NCBI GenBank assembly: GCA_964464905.1 | Contig: CAYXHC010000001.1 | Span: forward strand, 1,097 to 65,096 | Reading direction: 5' to 3' | DNA: 64,000 nt | DNA from: an uncultured Lachnospiraceae bacterium | GTDB lineage: Bacteria > Bacillota > Clostridia > Oscillospirales > CAG-272 | Shown: positions 61,691 to 64,000 of the stretch, piece by piece | Layout: each line of letters begins with the position of its first letter | How positions within the stretch are numbered: the first letter of the stretch is position 1 | Translations under genes and position numbers: made by a program | The notes under the pieces: model-generated | What the model was told of the DNA's origin: nothing | Database searches by the model: none | What the model saw: the letters and a program-made list of their open reading frames with translations, nothing else

Positions 61691-61740
61691 AAATAAAAAG
61701 ACAGTGCAGGCAAAACGGATACGTTTTGGCTTGCACTGTC
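61691..61740 (-). terminator. Rho-independent terminator downstream of the MFS gene region
   Basis: Long imperfect stem GACAGTGCAGGCAAAACG (61700-61717) / CGTTTTGGCTTGCACTGTC (61722-61740). On the minus strand it is followed by TTTTTATTT. Confidence 0.75.
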
Positions 61741-61905
61741 GTTTTTGTGAATATAAATATCTCTAATCAATTTATATTTGGGTATGACAATGTAAGCCCG
61801 TTGCTATAAGGCATAGCGAAGACGGACCAGACGACGTTATTATAACGTGCGGTGAGGTTAAACATTGTCATTTTCCTTTTGATCGGTTAGTTTTTATTGA
61901 TTATA

Positions 61906-63123
61906 CTACGTTTTGTTTGCAGTGTCAAGGGCATCTTTGGCGTTCTTTTTTCGGGCGGAGGTCTCAATGAAAAGACAGACGAGGAGAGTGACGGGGAAGA
62001 TGACGGCGGCAAGTATGCCCAGTTTCAGGTCGTCGCCGAAGGCGTCGGACACGGTTCCCACGAGAGTTGGACCCAATGAACATCCAAGGTCGCCTGCAAG
62101 GGCGAGAAACGCAAACATTGCGGTGCCGCCGAGTCTCATTGCTGCGGAGGCTTTGGAAAAGCATCCCGGCCACATTATGCCGACAGAAAGACCGCAGAGG
62201 GCACATCCTATGAGAGACATGACCGGAGAACGGGAAAGGGAAGCAAGAAGATATGCAAAGACCGAAAGGGCGGTGCTTGCCTTCATAAACCGATCAAGGT
62301 CGATCCTTTCGCCGAATTTGCCGTAGAATACACGGGAAAGTCCCATAAGCGTTGCGAATGTGAGCGGGCCTGCAAGGTCACCGGCTGTTTTCGTTATGCC
62401 GAGCCCCAGCTCGGCAAATGCGGACGCCCATTGGGAAACTGCCTGTTCGCTTGAGCCTGCGGCAAACATCATCACCGTGAAAAGCCAGAAGAGAGGCTTT
62501 TTGAAAAGCTCCGAAACCGACATCCCTTTTTCGTCGTCTTGTATGAGGTGTGCGATGGGGGTCACGGAAAAGAGAAAAACGTTGAACAGCGGAACGAGTG
62601 CCCACACGTATGCGAGCATTTTCCAGTTTTCAATGCCGACAGTGGCAAAGAATAGAGTGGAGATGAGCACAACGCCAACGTGTCCCCAGCAGTAAAAGGA
62701 GTGGAGCAGACTCATCGCCTTTTCCTTGTTATCGGTGGGGCAGCTTTCGACGATAGGACTGACGAGGACCTCGAGAAGTCCTCCGCCAACGGCGTAGACG
62801 GCAACGGAGATAAGTATACCCGAAAAGGGGGTGGGCGTCACGTTTGGCAGAACCGTCAGGGAGAAGATGCCCGCCGCGGCGAAGACGTGAGCGATGATGG
62901 CGGAGGCTCTGTATCCGATCTTGTCGATGAAAGCGATGGAGAGAAGATCGACTCCAAGCTGGATCAGAAAATTTATGGTGACGAGCATGGAGATCTGTGA
63001 CAGTGGAATGCCGTACGACGTGTGGAAGGTGATGAAAAGAAGCGGGATAAAATTGTTTATGATCGCTTGGACGATGTAGGCGATAAAGCAAGCGTAAACG
63101 GTGGTTTTGTATGTGAATCTCAT
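61906..63123 (-). CDS. MFS transporter (12 TM)
   Basis: 405 aa with twelve hydrophobic segments in a 6+6 arrangement around a central basic loop. The substrate cannot be inferred. Confidence 0.8.
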   Translation of the reverse strand: MRFTYKTTVYACFIAYIVQAIINNFIPLLFITFHTSYGIPLSQISMLVTINFLIQLGVDLLSIAFIDKIGYRASAIIAHVFAAAGIFSLTVLPNVTPTPFSGILISVAVYAVGGGLLEVLVSPIVESCPTDNKEKAMSLLHSFYCWGHVGVVLISTLFFATVGIENWKMLAYVWALVPLFNVFLFSVTPIAHLIQDDEKGMSVSELFKKPLFWLFTVMMFAAGSSEQAVSQWASAFAELGLGITKTAGDLAGPLTFATLMGLSRVFYGKFGERIDLDRFMKASTALSVFAYLLASLSRSPVMSLIGCALCGLSVGIMWPGCFSKASAAMRLGGTAMFAFLALAGDLGCSLGPTLVGTVSDAFGDDLKLGILAAVIFPVTLLVCLFIETSARKKNAKDALDTANKT

Positions 63124-63164
63124 TTTGGCTGCCGGAGTATCTTCCTTTTATACTATATGGTGAT

Positions 63165-64000
63165 TCAGAGAGGTAAAACGGTGCCGAAGGCGATGCCGTT
63201 TTTAACAGCATCGAAGCGGACGCGGCGGATCTCACCGGAGGATATGCCTGCGGGCGGAACTCTTACTTCAATGAAGTTTGCGGTGTGGCCTGCGTGGAGT
63301 CCTGCAACGTCGGATTCGAAAAGCACATCTGCTTCGGGGTTGCGTGCGATATAATCGGTTACAACGTCGTTTGCGATCTTTTCGCCGAGGGCAATGAGAC
63401 GCGCTGAGCGTTCGTGCTTTATCATCTCGGGGATCTGATCCTTCATTTCTGATGCCGGTGTGCCGCGGCGTTTTGAATACTGGAAAACGTGCATTGAAAG
63501 AAAACGTGCTTTTTTTACAAATTCAAGCGTTTCTTCAAAGTCTTCATCGGTCTCGCCGGGGAAACCCACGATAATATCAGTGGTGAACATAACGTCGGGG
63601 ATCGCGGCACGGAGGGCATCGAGCTTTTCCATTGCTGTTTTCGCGTTGTATTTGCGCCGCATGGCGGCAAGCGTGCGTGAGCATCCGCTCTGGAGGGAAA
63701 GGTGGAAATGGGGTACCACGTGGGGGATTGAGGAAACTGCCTCAATAAAGGCGGGACGCATAACGGTAGGCTCAAGAGAACCCATTCTGATGCGCTCCAG
63801 TCCTTCCGTTTTCGACAGGGCGCGGAGAAGCACCTCAAGCGGTTCCTTTGTGTCGTGACCGTATGAGGCGGTCTCGATTCCCGTGAGCACTACCTCGGCG
63901 CATCCGCTCTTAACGAGGGCGGAAACCTCGTCGCATATTTCGGATATAGGACGGGAGCGCACGGCGCCTCTTACGGAGGGGATGATGCAGTATGAGCATT
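63165..64000 (-). CDS. Radical-SAM methylthiotransferase of the MiaB/MtaB family, C-terminal part (gene continues past the right edge)
   Basis: The reading frame stays open to the window edge, where it reads ...CSYCIIPSVRGAVRSRPISEI, the end of the CxxxCxxC radical-SAM motif. A C-terminal TRAM-like domain follows (GHTANFIEVRV...). It resembles MtaB more than MiaB by eye. Confidence 0.75.
   Translation of the reverse strand, partial: CSYCIIPSVRGAVRSRPISEICDEVSALVKSGCAEVVLTGIETASYGHDTKEPLEVLLRALSKTEGLERIRMGSLEPTVMRPAFIEAVSSIPHVVPHFHLSLQSGCSRTLAAMRRKYNAKTAMEKLDALRAAIPDVMFTTDIIVGFPGETDEDFEETLEFVKKARFLSMHVFQYSKRRGTPASEMKDQIPEMIKHERSARLIALGEKIANDVVTDYIARNPEADVLFESDVAGLHAGHTANFIEVRVPPAGISSGEIRRVRFDAVKNGIAFGTVLPL

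Noticed and set aside
1-64000. CRISPR arrays, tRNA/rRNA genes, prophage or integrase genes, toxin-antitoxin or recognisable defence systems
   Set aside because: I scanned the intergenic regions and the ORF list and found no regularly spaced repeats, no cloverleaf-like sequences and no recombinase- or nuclease-type ORFs. The only P-loop singleton (23091-23678) has no partner genes.

Overview
This is a 64 kb chromosomal window from a Firmicutes/Clostridia-type genome. That assignment rests on GGAGG ribosome-binding sites, lipoprotein boxes, a T-box leader, the dcw gene order, about 50% GC by hand count, and strong avoidance of TTA/CTA/TCA codons. No tRNA, rRNA, CRISPR array, transposase or integrase was seen. 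All family calls were made by eye from motifs; no database search was run.

Gene content, left to right:
- **1-86:** the 5' end of rplM.
- **0.4-5.2 kb:** three tandem LplA/LipO-like solute-binding lipoproteins with no ABC permeases nearby. Two of them form an apparently 100% identical 1479-bp tandem duplication.
- **5.5-8.2 kb:** an OmpR-family response regulator and a multi-pass histidine kinase.
- **8.4-11.7 kb:** three secreted lectin-fold (ConA/LamG-like) proteins. Two share near-identical 5' and 3' modules and an unusual QTG-type C-terminal anchor.
- **12.3-21.4 kb:** an Opp/Dpp-type ABC importer in which every subunit is oversized, followed by a translationally coupled small membrane protein.
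- **21.6-23.7 kb:** a GH43 hydrolase and a low-GC P-loop gene.
- **24.0-29.3 kb, minus strand:** a T-box-controlled operon of cysE, a CPBP protease, cysS, an acyltransferase and a PNPOx-like protein.
- **29.4-38.0 kb:** a small carbohydrate-related block. It holds a phosphodiester glycosidase, a HAD hydrolase, two Gfo/Idh/MocA oxidoreductases, a fourth orphan solute-binding protein, an AraC regulator and a GH29 fucosidase.
- **38.3-46.0 kb:** rimM-trmD, an O-antigen-ligase-like membrane protein with two small anchored paralogs, HPr, and uvrC-rsmD-coaD.
- **46.2-60.3 kb:** a dcw cluster in the order mraZ-rsmH-ftsL-PBP-murE-murF-mraY-ftsW-murG-ftsQ-ftsZ.
- **60.3-64.0 kb, minus strand:** a GNAT acetyltransferase, a SAM methyltransferase, an MFS transporter and a partial radical-SAM methylthiotransferase.

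The best candidate for something undescribed is the 5.5-23 kb accessory block. A conserved 62-nt two-hairpin leader element occurs upstream of both the first surface protein and the importer. TGTGAA-type direct repeats sit in the promoters next to the two-component system. The importer ATPases carry insertions of about 360 and about 110 residues at different structural positions.
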